Positions 24,232 to 36,700 of a DNA stretch of 64,000 nucleotides are shown piece by piece; positions within the stretch are counted from its first letter, which is position 1; the number at the start of each line of letters is the position of its first letter. A program made the translations under genes and the position numbers. The stretch is taken from assembly GCF_963921235.1 (NCBI RefSeq), contig NC_086106.1, forward strand, positions 27,032,001 to 27,096,000. The letters run 5' to 3'. Origin of the DNA: Mobula hypostoma (lineage: Eukaryota). The notes beneath the pieces are model-generated. The model saw only the letters and a list, made by a program, of their open reading frames with translations, was not told where the DNA came from and made no database searches.

Positions 24232-24303
24232 AGATTTGAAATTCACATCAGGTACTGTGTACAATTTGGGACAAACACAGTGGAAGAGATCTCAACAAAA
24301 ATA
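24232..24303 (+). other. Cassette 2 D segment (24260-24275, TACAATTTGGGACAAA) with 12/12 RSSs
   Basis: AGATTTGAA-12-TACTGTG ... CACAGTG-12-ACAAAAATA. Confidence 0.85.
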
Positions 24304-24649
24304 GAAAATAGTAAATATATAAATAAATTATATTTAAACGATATATTCTCCATATCCCATACCAAAAATACAAACGTGGCGATGTTCACCGACTAATCTG
24401 TTTAGATTATTTTTAATTTCCATATTGCATATGTATTTCTGATTGACACGTATGCTATGTTTTTTTTTTCTTCTCCGAATCTGTCTGCGGTGCGTGTTCC
24501 AGTTTTCTTTTAATCTGGTCTTGCTTTCGCAGCAAGAACATATCGACATGCCGGCAAATGGGGAATATTCTTGCTATGAGTTGTATTAACAACCCTCGGA
24601 ACATTGTGAATCCTATTGTAGCGTTTCCTAAGCAGATTCACGTGAGTGT

Positions 24650-24746
24650 AGTTGTTGTATGGTGGAGACTGAGAACAGGATCATTGTGTATGTATGGACG
24701 ACTCATACTCTAGATGGAGCAGGGACAAAGGTCACGGTCAGGCCCG
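24650..24746 (+). CDS. Cassette 2 J segment (24689-24746, YVWTTHTLDGAGTKVTVRP) with 5' 23-RSS
   Basis: AGTTGTTGT-23-CATTGTG; GTAAG donor. Confidence 0.92.
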
Positions 24747-26121
24747 GTAAGTATCCACAGACACCGACGATTCCTCAGATATCTCACCCATTTAACTATC
24801 GTATAATAGATGATCGCTTGATTTAAAATCATTAAACTTTAAATGGGTCTGATGTCAAATCTTGTTTCTAAAAAGTGTGTCAGGGAGGACGGAAGCACAG
24901 GGTGTCTTCTCTGGGGGAGCCGTTGTTGTAAAAATATTTAACACATCAGGACGTCTCGCGTTCGTGCTGCTGGTGAACAATACATGTTGATAGTGCCAAT
25001 AACGCCCAAACAGCAAAAATGATCAAATACAGAATAGAAAATCAGGTGCACCGGCCCGAAAGGAAGCAGACTGAGAGGAGGCAGGTTCATTCGCAGAATA
25101 TGAGGGATGCATTTATTTTCCACTGCAGTAGGGTTTAAAGAGCTGGACCGATGCACAGCTCTTCACTGTTGAAAGAGAGTGACTGGAATTTTATGGTTTG
25201 TCTTGGGTGGTGTGATTCTGTAGACTGAATCTACACTCACTGTGTAGAAAGGCAAGGTGGTAAACTGAATTAACAGAGTCAGATGGAAAGGGAAATTTCT
25301 GCTATGAGTAAGGATGAAATGCTGGTGTAATCTTCGCAGAATGAATCCAACAGACTTCTGTCAGACCGTGGGAAATATTGTTGGCAGCTTAAGGCATAAA
25401 CCGCAAGCAGAATTTGTATGCATATATGTAGGTCACCGAGATGCAAGACATAATGAAATTTGTTTTCTATAAATTATTCTCAAATGGTACAGCGAATTGC
25501 ATACCCCATTGATGAAAAATTAACAAAGGGGAAGGGAATAAAACCTTGTAATCGGCTGCTAAAATCCAGTCGAAAATAAACCTTCGCCTTCAGCAGCTTA
25601 GAAAATTATCTGACCAGTCTGTACCGTTCAGTCTCATACTGTGATGAACATGTTACAATGCAAGAGGCTGTAACTTATGGGGTGGAAATTTATTTAAGAA
25701 AAAACAATTCTGGATTGAGCATCTATCATTTCGAAAAAAAAAATCACATCCATCATTATTCCGAATTAAACTGACATTTAAAATAAACACCACAGAACTG
25801 AGAAAAATAAGAAATTCGGCCCATTATATGTTTGTAGCTTCTCTGCAATTGTTCCATGAAATTAGTTCTTCCTTCCACATAGATGTCCAAAACAGGAAAC
25901 ATGTTTTGATAATAGCAAGATGTCCGCAATTTACCAGGAGTCCCTGATTTTATTTCACTGCAGCAATTCCTTATAATAATTGTTAACTTCATTAAATATT
26001 ATTTACTCACATTCCAAATGAAACAAGTTTCTCTGAAAGAAAAATCTCCTTATCATATTTGGGAGGCCTTTTCTGACAGCTATCGGTAAATTAGCAATAA
26101 TCTTCCTTTACATTCATACAG

Positions 26122-26424
26122 AATCAATTTCTCCACCGTCTCAGAGTCCAGAACTACAAACTACACTTGCCGATACTGCCATTTTAACCTGTGGATACGA
26201 CGTGAATTGTCGCAACACAATACACTGGTATCTCCAGCTTCCAGGACAGGCACCCATATTCCTGCTCCAGGGACAAACTTTTGGAGCACAAGATAAGACA
26301 AAAAGTGCCGGAGAACGAATTACTGGTTTTGTCGATCCTGGTAAGAAAATCAGCCAGCTGACGATCTCCAAAGTGCAACTGGGTGACGCTGCTGTGTATT
26401 ACTGTGCAATGAGTCGGTTTGCAG
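26122..26424 (+). CDS. TRDV: Cassette 2 leaderless supporting TCR-delta-type V segment
   Basis: 303-nt open exon (in-frame 9-nt insertion near the 5' end: ESISPPSQSPE); CGYDVNCRNTIHWYLQ...YYCAMSRFAA. Confidence 0.88.
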
Positions 26425-26463
26425 CACTGTGATGCCGCGCATGGACAGCGCTGTTCAAGAACT
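26425..26463 (+). other. Proximal 23-RSS of supporting V2
   Basis: CACTGTG-23-TCAAGAACT. Confidence 0.85.
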
Positions 26464-26485
26464 AGAGTGATTCTCGTTACAAGCA

Positions 26486-26524
26486 CACAGTGCTAGGAAG
26501 CAGCGAGGGAACAATACAAAAACT
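26486..26524 (+). other. Distal orphan 23-RSS, cassette 2
   Basis: CACAGTG-23-ACAAAAACT. Confidence 0.8.
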
Positions 26525-26907
26525 CATTTGGTTTTATCATATAAATACACCACTGCCGAGCATGGAGACAAACGGCAAGAAACCGCAGTGTGGTGGGATT
26601 TTAGTAGAATGATAACAGAGAAAATAGAAGTACCACAATCAACAACCAAAATATGCTGGGAGAAATCATTATGTCCTGATGGAAGTTCTTGGTTCGAAAC
26701 ATCATTTCCATGGAAGCTGCCGGATCCACCGATTCCTCTCATTTCTACTGATGGAAGACACCCCACTCCCAAGAATATATTCCCGGAGCAAAATGGCATT
26801 ATTGCCTTCAGGGAATTCGCATCTTAGATCAGAAGTGCATAAGACACAGCAACAGAATTGGGCCGATCATCCTATCGAGGGTGCCCCGCCATTCCATCAT
26901 TATTATT

Positions 26908-29900
26908 GTGGAAATCGGCCAGTGAGTGAGTGAGTGAGTGGGCCAGTGAAGGAGTGGAGTTTGAGTCTTTGACTCGAGAGATTCTGGCGGTTTTGGCAGT
27001 TGGTCTCGGCAATCAAGTCAATCAAAATTTGAATAGATCAGAAGAAAGCCGTTGATTAGACAATCAAGAATTGAATAGCTCAGACTGAGCAGAAAGCAGC
27101 TGATTGGGCAGTGTAGGTCAGGTGACCAAGCATTTTGAGAAGCTCAAACAGATAAATAGAGCGGCCTGTGGAAAGTAGCCAGTGGACCAGTGAAGGAGCG
27201 GAGCTTTGAGGCTTTGACTTGAGAGGCTTCGACGAGAAGAGGCGGAGGACAAGCTTTCTCGCAGTTAATCTTTACAATGTGTCCTGAGACGATGATGTGC
27301 CTCTCATGTGAGATGTAGCAGTCTTGGGGGAACGCCCCTCTCCCGCAGAGTCACATCTGCCAGAAGTACATACGGCTGGGCGATCTGGAAACCATGTAAG
27401 GAATCTGGAGCAGCAGCTGAATTACTTTCCACTCATAAGGGAGACTGAGGCAGTCATAGATGACAGCTACAGGGAGGTAGTCACACGTAGGTTGTCGGAA
27501 ACAGGTCCTTGAGTGACAGTCAGAGGGGGAAAAGCGAAGATGAGCAGACAGGTAGTACAGAGCACCTCTGTAGCCATTCCCCTGAATAATAAGTTTACCG
27601 TCCTGGATACTGTTGACGTGGACGCCCGACCAGGTGTGAGCCAAGGTGGCAGGGCCTCTGGCACTGAGTCTGACCTGGTGGTGCAGAAGGGTGGGACGAA
27701 GAAGAGGAGATCTGTCGTTATTGGAAACGCTATAGTCAGGGGAGCAGACAGGAGCTTTTGTGGACGTGAGAAGGACACCCGCATGGTTCGTTGCCTCCCG
27801 GGTGCCAGAGTCCGGGATGTCTCTGACCGGGTGCACGACATCCTGGTACGAAAGGGAACACAGCCAGAAATCGTGATGCATGTTGGTACCAACGACATAG
27901 GCAGGAAGAGGGATGAGGTCCTGAAGTGTGAGTTTCGGGAAATAGGCAGAAGGGTGAAGAACAGGACCTCAAGGGTGGCGTTCTCAGGATTGCTGCCAGT
28001 GCTACGTGACAGTGATGTTAAGAATAGGAAGAGATGGCAATTGAATGCATGGCTGAGGAGTCGGTGCAGGGAGCAGGGTTTTAGATTTTTGGATCATTGG
28101 GATCCCTTCTGGGGAATGTGGGACCTGTACAGATTGGATGGGTTGCACCTGAACCCAAAGGGGGGCAATATCCTTGCAGGTACGTTTGCGAGCTTGGTTC
28201 GGGAGGGTTTAAAGTAATTTGCAAGGGGGATGGGACCCGGAACGATAGAACAGTGAAATAAGTGCATGGAGTAAAGCCAGATCTAACATATAGAGAGGCG
28301 TAGAGGAAAGAGAAGCAGAATAAACGGTGTAACGGTAGTAAGGCAGAAGGGCTGAAATGTGTGTACCTCAATGCAAGAAGTATCAGGAACAAAGGTGACG
28401 AACTGAGAGCTTGGATATACACATGGAAATATGATGTACTGGCCATGACAGAGACTTGGCTGGCACCAGGGCAGGAATGGATTCTCAATATTCCCGGATT
28501 TCGGTGCTTCAAAAGGGATAGAGAGGAGTGAAAAAGGGGAGGAGGGCTGGCATTGCTGGTGAAGGTATTATTACAGCAACAGAAAGAGTGGGTAATGTAG
28601 GAGAATAGTCTTTTGTGTCAGTATGGGTGGAAGTCAGGAACAGTAAAGGGAGCAGTTACTCTTTTGGGGGTATTCCATAGGCCCCCTGGTAGCAGCAGAG
28701 ATACAGAGGAGCCGATTGGGGGGCAGATTTTGGAAAGGTGCAAAAATAACAGGGTTGTTATCATAGGTGACTTTAACTTCCCTAATATTGATTGGTACCT
28801 GATTAGTTCCAAGTGTTTAGATGGGGCAGAGTTTGTTAAGTGTATCCAGGATGGATTCCTGTCACAGTATGTGGACAGGCCGACGAGCGGGAATGCCATA
28901 CTAGATCTAGTACTAGGTAATGAACCGGGTCAGGTCACAGACCTCTGAGTGGGTGAGCATCTGGGGGACAGTGATCAACGCTCCCTGGCCTTTAGCATTA
29001 TCATGGAAAAGGATAGAATCAGAGAGGACAAGGAAATTCTTAATTGGGGAAGGGCAAATTATGAGGATATAAGGTTAGAACTTGCAGATGTGAATTGGGA
29101 TGATGATTTTGCAGGGAAATGTACTATGGACATGCGGCCAATGTTTAGAGAGCTCTTGCAGGATGTTAGGGATAAATTTGTCCCGGTCAGGAAGATAAAG
29201 ATTGGTAGGGTGAAGGAACTATGGGTGACAGGTGAGGTGGAAAATCTAGTCAGGTGGAAGAAGGCAGCATACATGAGGTTTCGGAAGCAAGGATCAGATG
29301 GGTCTATTGAGGAATACAGGGAAGCAAGAAAGGAGCTTAAGAAGGGGGCATGAGAAGAGCAAGAAAGAAGCAAGAGAAGGCCTTGGCGAGTAGGGTAAAG
29401 GAAAACCTCAAGGCATTCTTCAATTATGTGATGAACAAAAGTATGACAGGAGTGAAGGTTGTACCGATTAGAGATAAAGGTGGGAAGATGTGACTGGAGG
29501 CTGTGCAAGTGAGCGAGGTCCTCAATGAATACTTCTCTTCGGTATTCACCACTGAGAGGGAACTTGATGATGGTGAGAAGAATATGAGTGAACTTGATGT
29601 TCTGGAGCATGTAGATATTAAGGGAGAGGAGGTGTTGGAGCTGTTAAAATACATTAGGACAGATAAGTCCCCGGGCCCTGACGGAATATTCCCCAGGCTG
29701 CTCCATGGGGCGAGGGAAGAGATTGCTGACCCTCTGTCTAGGATCTTTATGTCCTCGTTGTCCACGGAATTGGTACCGGAGGATTGGGGGAGGCGAATGT
29801 TGTCCCCTTGATCAAAATAGGTAGTAGGGATAGTCCGGGTAATTACAGACCAGTGAGCCTTACGTCTGTGGTGGGAAAGCTGTTGGAAAAGATTCTTAGA

Positions 29901-31213
29901 GATAGGATCTATGGGCATTTAGAGAACATGGTCTGAGCAGGGACAGTCAGCTTGGCTTTGTGAAGGGCAGTTCGTGTCTAACAAGCCTGATAGAGTTCTT
30001 TGAGGAGGTGACCAGGCATATAGATGAGGGTAGTGCAGTGGATGTGATCTATATGGATTTTAGTAAGGCATTTGACAAGGTTCCACACGGTAGGCTTATT
30101 CAGAAGGTCAGAAGGCATGGGATCCAAGGAAGTTTGGCCAGGTGGATTCAGAATTGGTTTGCCTCCAGAAGGCAGAGGGTCATGGTGGAGGGAGTGCATT
30201 CAGATTGGAGGATTCTGACTAGTGGTGTCCCACAAGGATCTGTTCTGGGACCGCTACTTTTCGTGATTTTTATTAACGACCTGGATGTCGGGGTAGAGGG
30301 GTGTGTTGGCAAGTTTGCAGACGACACATTGTTGGTGGTGTTGTAGATAGTGTAGAGGAATGTCGAAAATTGCAGAGAGACATTGATGGGATGCAGAAGT
30401 GGGCTGAGAAGTGCCAGATGGAGTTCAACCCGGAGAAGTGACAGGTGGTACTCTTTGGAAGGATAAACCCCAAGGCAGATTGCAAAGTAAATGGCAGGAT
30501 ATATGGTAGTGTGGAGGAACAGAGGGATCTGAGATACATGTCCACAGATCCCCGAAAGTTGCCTCACAGGTAGACAAGGTCGTTCAGAAAGCTTAAGGGG
30601 TGTTAGGTTTCATCAGTCGAGGGATAGAGTTTAAGAGTCACGATATAATGATGCAGCTCTTTAAAACTCTGGTTAGCGAACAATTGGAGTATTGCGTCCA
30701 GTTCAGGTCACCTCACTATAGGACGGATGTGGAAGCATTGGAAAGGGTACAGAGGAGATTTACCAGGATGCTGCCTGGCTTAGAGAGTATGCATTATGAT
30801 CAGAGATTAAGGGAGCTAGGGCTTTACTCTTTGGAGAAAAGGAGGATGAGAGGAGACATGATCGAGGTGTACTGGATAATAAAAGGACTAGACAGAGTGA
30901 ATAGCCAGCGCCACTTCCCCAGGGCACCACTGCTCAATACAAGAGGACATGGTTTTAAGGTAAGGGGTGGGAAGTTCAAGGGGGATATTAGAGGAAGATT
31001 TTTTACTCAGAGTAGTTGGTGCGTAGAATGCACTGCCAGAGTCAGTGGTGGAGGTAGATACACTCGTGGAGTTTAAAAGACTACTAGACAGGTATATGGA
31101 GGAATTTAAGGTTGGGTGTTATATGGGAGGCAGGGTTTGAGGGTCGGCAGAACATTGTGGGCCGAATGACCTGTAATGTGCTGTACTATTCTATGTTCTA
31201 TGTTCTATGTTCT
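26908..31213 (+). mobile_element. Near full-length decayed CR1 LINE at the same site as the unit-1 CR1
   Basis: ORF1 esterase at 27513-28217 (HVGTNDIG, DGLHLN); ORF2 fragments at 28350-31076; (CTATGTT)n tail; same left and right flanks as 14049-19430. Confidence 0.9.
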
Positions 31214-32438
31214 ATCCCAATACATTCTCCAGTATATCCATGTGGTATATGCCAATCTACCAGCCATTTTGAATGAAGGAACGTCGCAAATCATTTTGCG
31301 CCGTGTGAACGGCGGCAGAACAGTAACGGACATTGAAATGTTACAAATACCAAACAATAAATGCATAATCCATTGTTTTGGAAGTACACGGCATCACGAG
31401 CTACAGATCTCATTACGCTTCTAGAAACATAAGAACATAGAAATTCTGCAGCCAATACATGCCCTTCGGCCCACGAAGTTGTGCCGAACATGTCACTACC
31501 TTGGAAATTCCGAGGGCTACCCATAGCCTCTATTTTTCTCAGCTCCATGTACCTATCCAAAAGTCTCTCAAAAGATCCTATCGTATCCGCCTCTACCAGC
31601 GTTGCCGACAGCCCATTCCACGCACTCACCACCCTCTGTGTAAAAAACTTACCCCTGACATCTCCTATGTCCCTTCTCCCAAGCACCTTAAACCTGTGCC
31701 CTCTTGTGGCACCCATTTGAGCCCTGGGAAAAAGCCTCTGACTATCCACACGATCAATGCCTCTCATCGTCTTCTACTCCTCTGTCAGGTCACCTCTCAT
31801 CCTCCGTGGCTCCAAGGAGAAAACACCGAGTTAACTCAACCTGTTTTCATAAGCCACATCAACGCCCGTGCCCTTCTCACAACTAACTTTAGGGAGCCAA
31901 AATGTGTCTTCTTAGCATGTAAAATGCTTTCACCTGAGAGTATTAACGTGCAGGCGATGCTTACTGAGATGTCTTCTGTTGCGTTCAGTTTCTTCCGATA
32001 GCATGAATCTCATTAAAATGAAACTGCACTCTTTTGGCAATTATATGCTCATCCAATTGAAAGGATTGCTATAATTGGAGGTTATCGACATAACTGGGAG
32101 AGGCGCTGCGAAAGAAACATTCGATCGTTAATTATTATCAGGCAACGTCGTAATTCCTCCCACTCCTTAGAGATAACCTACCTTTTGTGATTCCTCGACT
32201 TTCTTTAGTTTAGTCTGAGCAGAAACTTATTCGTACTGGGATCCCCTGGCAGTGCACTAAAAAATGCATTCACTTGAACTGAAATTCCTGGCTCTGTACA
32301 TTTGAAAACAAAATAAATCATTCACCTGTATTATTTACATGTTTTGATTCATTGCTGCTGCCACGCCTTTCAAAGTAACTGCAATTATATTAATTATTTA
32401 TATTCATATATAAATATGATACCGTGTTATTATATTTT

Positions 32439-32640
32439 GGGCCCCATAGTAGCGTAGCGATGAATTCGGCTCTTTTACAGTTCCTGGAGTAACAGTTCGG
32501 AGTTCAGTTCTGGTTCATCTGTAATTAGTCTGTGCGTCCTCCACATGGAATGCTCGGGTTTTCACCGACTGTTCCCGAATCCTCCAACAGTTCAGAGACG
32601 AGCTCAATGGAATGATTAGTCATTGTAAGCTGTCCGATGA
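32439..32640 (+). mobile_element. Degenerate tRNA-derived elasmobranch SINE (HE1/V-SINE-like); paralog at 58483-58760
   Basis: GTAGCGTAGCG...GTTCGGAGTTCA head, GGGTTTTCACCG core, 'attagtcattgtaagctgtcc' tail. Confidence 0.65.
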
Positions 32641-33709
32641 TAATTTTGATTCAATCCCATTTTGATTCTGTCGCTTCCATACTGGGAATTTTATTTTTAA
32701 CTCAATGGGCAATTAGACCGTATTCTCGTGAATTATTTCTTTTTATTAATATGGGTTGATCATCATATATTTGGTTAGTAATGTCCAAAATTCAGAACAA
32801 GTTCTCTGGACATCTCTGATATTTATTTATCTTTTCAAAACGTTTCGGAAGTTAATCTGCTTCCAGCAGATACAACTGCAGATCAAAAGGAGGTGACAAG
32901 GTAAAGCAAACAGAAATGCCTCGAGAATAAAACAGCACAGAATAATTAAACAGGCCTCACCCTCTGTCCGTTATAAACTCAATCGAGGTTTTCCCCATTG
33001 TCTTTCCCACATATTCCCAATAACTGTAACATATCAAAGATTGTAGCACTTGCTTTCATGTGGAATACAGTTTACAATTTATCTTGCAACTACCAACTAC
33101 TCGCCAGTCTGTTCGTGGGAAGGAGAGTGGAACATCCGGGGAAATAGGAGATATCAGAAGCGAAGTGTTTATATCGATACGATGTGACTCTACAGCTCAG
33201 AGACTCACACGAGCTGTCCACTATTCCGTGGTTGTCCCTCTTAGTACAATTCTTTTCAGAACGTTTCTCCCTAATCTCTCAGATAAACTGCATCTTGTTT
33301 TAGCACAGAAACATATACTGCTTTGCAGAATATAATAAATTCGACAATTTCAGAAGAGAGTGTGTATTTCTGAAGGCACCTGGATTCTGCCTCGATGATT
33401 ACCGTTTAAAATGAAGTAAATTGCCAGTTGATGCTCCCGGAGTTCTCGATGGTTAAGCAGAAACGAACATTTCCAAGAAAAAACAGAAATGCATGTTGGA
33501 GCTTCGGGATGCCGGGACTTATCTCGCTGTCTCTCTATTATTATTATTATTTTTTTTAATTAGGCATGTGTCACTTGGGCACGTCACACGCAGATCTCAA
33601 TTATTTCTTGGGAATGTAGCTTTTCTGCTCCATGGGAAGTAGTGGGCAATCAGTAAAGGGAATGAGCAGTCTCTATTTTCTAAGGACCGTGAGATCATTC
33701 AATATGTGC

Positions 33710-36700
33710 TGTTACGTACCCCGTAACTGGGTTGCCAAACCAGCAGAAATGGATCACTCAGTTGGAGTCTGGAGTACTAGAACTAAGAAAGTTTTATTAA
33801 AGAAACAAGCAACACAGTAATCGAAAGGATAATAAATGCAACAATTCAACAATGATAACCACACGTGTGCACAGAATTAAGATAACAGCATCAATCAAGC
33901 TCTATCGTTGTCTAGGGGTAAATGACCAATTTCAAAATGACTCAAAGTTCAGTCCAGTTTGTAGTTCAGTTCGCAGTAATCGTTGCCATGGCGATGGACA
34001 AGGTGGGGGAAGAGAGACAGAGATAGAATAGGAACAACTGATCATTCAGAACAGCTTCACTCACAGACCAGCGAGATGGCTCACGAGCAACTTTTGGGCG
34101 GGTCCTTGGTGATGTCACCTGAGGTCACCGACTGTGACCCCTCCTCCAGATGCGGTCGATCCTCTGCAGTGAACCCGGCACCCAGGCAAGGGCGGACACA
34201 CACCGGGTTCCCGCTGATCGTACCTTTCCACCCTTGTCGTTGTCTGGTACTTCTCACCCACTCGTGAGAAGCGCACCGCTTCCAGGGTCTCGTTACCTCG
34301 GGTGGCGTGTGTGTCTGTCTTAGCGAACCTGTCCCTTTTTATCCCCCTGCTGGGGTATCGCCTGTCCATCACTTCAAACAGTTCAGGGTTCAAAGGGGGG
34401 GAGCCGCTCCAGACAGCTCTCTCTCCCACATCCCTTCATTACACATCTCCAGACCCTGCTCCATTGTTCCTTATCTCTCCTTCCCCTGAGGGCAGGTGGC
34501 AGGCCAACTGCTGATGCCATTGATGCTAGCCCAGGCCAGCAAACATCTTAATTTTATGTGTATTCTCGTAACACTTCCCCCCTTTAAGGATTTTTACCGG
34601 GAGGTAAAAATTACAAACATGACTACATTATCTGATACATACACAATATACATCTTTAACAGTTATTTAGCTAATACAGAGAATTTGAAGCTGTCAACAC
34701 CTTGACAGACAGTCATCACATTTTCTGTTCCTTTTACACGTGTTATTAATAATCCCTTAGACCAGGCTCCAACTCAGCAAACTTCATAGTGGCCAAAAAC
34801 ACTGATGAATTGCGACCAATGTAACCTCTCATTTGGTTTTGTCCCGGACCACAATAACAAGGGTCGTCCCATTCCGACTCAATTTTCTCTCGCAAGGGCT
34901 TAGTAGGAGGAGGACGGGTATTGACCGCAGAGTTATTGCAAAACTTCCTGCAGTACCCCACCATCTCCAAAAGCCTTCTGAGGGCCCTCTTGTCTGTCGG
35001 GGTTGGGAGGTCAGCGATAGCCTGCACTGTAGCTTGCATCACTGCCAGCTGCCCCTGTGTCACCACAATTCCCAGGTAAGTGACATTCGTGTGGCCGAAT
35101 TCATTTTTTTCAAGGTTCACTATCAAGCTGGCTTCAGACAGCCGTGTTAAATTGCCAATACACACCTCTGTGTTCATCAGACCTTTAGTCACTGAATTAC
35201 TCGAAAAATATGGGTGTTGTTTACTTGGCTGCCCTATTGTAACCACAATCGCCCAACGTCCCAGTTCTTTGCATTTCCTCGGGACAATCAAACACATGGG
35301 TGCGAGTCGTTTAATTACTCCTTCGGGGATTAAGGGAGAGACCTTATCAGTAGACCTGGCCAAAACAATAGCCTTCTCCCATCTGACCGATCCCATCCTA
35401 ATCTTTTCAAAATGGTTTTTTCCTCTTATCAAGGGGCCCCTAGCTTCATTGATTTCCACGCTAACACCGACTAGGTTTGTTAGCATATCAAAAGCCGGTG
35501 ACCGTCTCAGTTCGCGTCGGTCATGATCAATAACATTTTTCCCCCTGGGCAGCCGGTAACTCTCTTTCATGATTCCACCAACTGTTTCCTCCAGCACCGC
35601 AAAATGTCCACCGGGGGGTACCTCGTGGGCCATGTTAAAAACCTCATCCCCATAACTCTTTTGCACCACCCCCCACTCCTCATCTGCGGATGCTGTACTT
35701 GATTTCCCTTTCTTCCTCAGCACTTCCTCATCCGCACAATAGCTTGTCAAGGCTGTGTCAGAGAGATCGGTCTCGGCAAAAACCATCAGCCCCTCGTCTC
35801 GCTCCTGCGTCTGCACAAATTCTTTCCTGGCTACTGCTACGTCTGTCCCAGCTCCCTCACTACCTCTTATCTCACTACACCCTGTCTCATACAAGGTTGG
35901 CAGAAATGTTTCAGCCAAATTCACCATCGCGGGCGGGGCCTCCATGCTGGCAGGCTGACCCGTCAATCTCACGACTGGGAACACGATTCCTCCGGCGATG
36001 TCATTACCGAGCAAGACTTCCACGTCTTTCATCGGTAATTCGGACCTCACCCCGATCGTGACTAGTCCAGAGACCAGGTTGCTCTGTAAATGTATCTGGT
36101 GCAAAGGGACCGACTCTGTCCCTTCCCCAACACCTTTGACCTCTACCTCCCCAGTCTGGGTCTCTGAGCTAAACTGTAATACACTCTTCAATATCAATGA
36201 CTGACACGCTCCCGTGTCTCTCCAGATCCGCACTGGAACTGGTTTTAACCTCTCCTTCACCGACACCAATCCGGCCGAGATAAACCTCTCGCGCCCTTCC
36301 TGAACTTTTTCAGACCTGTCCTTCCCTAGCGGTTCGCTTAACAGCTCAATACAGCCATTCAAAATTTCCGCTTTTCCTTTCCCCGTCTCCTTCCTTGGGG
36401 CAAAGCACCTGGACGCAAAGTGTCCGACTTTCCCACAATTATAACAGACGACCCCAGGAGACTTCCTACCAGACTGCTCCCGGTCTACCTTATCCTTTTC
36501 ACTAGTCCCCGGCTTACTTTCTGACTTTTCCGGCGGACTCTCCCCGCCGTCCTGACTACCCTTCTGGTAGCCTTTACTCGGGGCAAACTTCATTTTATGC
36601 GTCAACGCATACTCATCCGCTAACTTAGCAGTTGCGGCTAACGTGGCTGCCTCTTTCTCATCGAGGTAGGGTCTCATACCCTCAGGGACACAACCTTTAA

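Noticed and set aside
32439-32520. tRNA gene
   Set aside because: The A/B-box-like head runs into SINE body sequence and no cloverleaf can be formed.
32861-32905. Possible 34-nt mini-exon (CAG...GTAAAG)
   Set aside because: No partner exons, no recognisable product, and not conserved in the other units.
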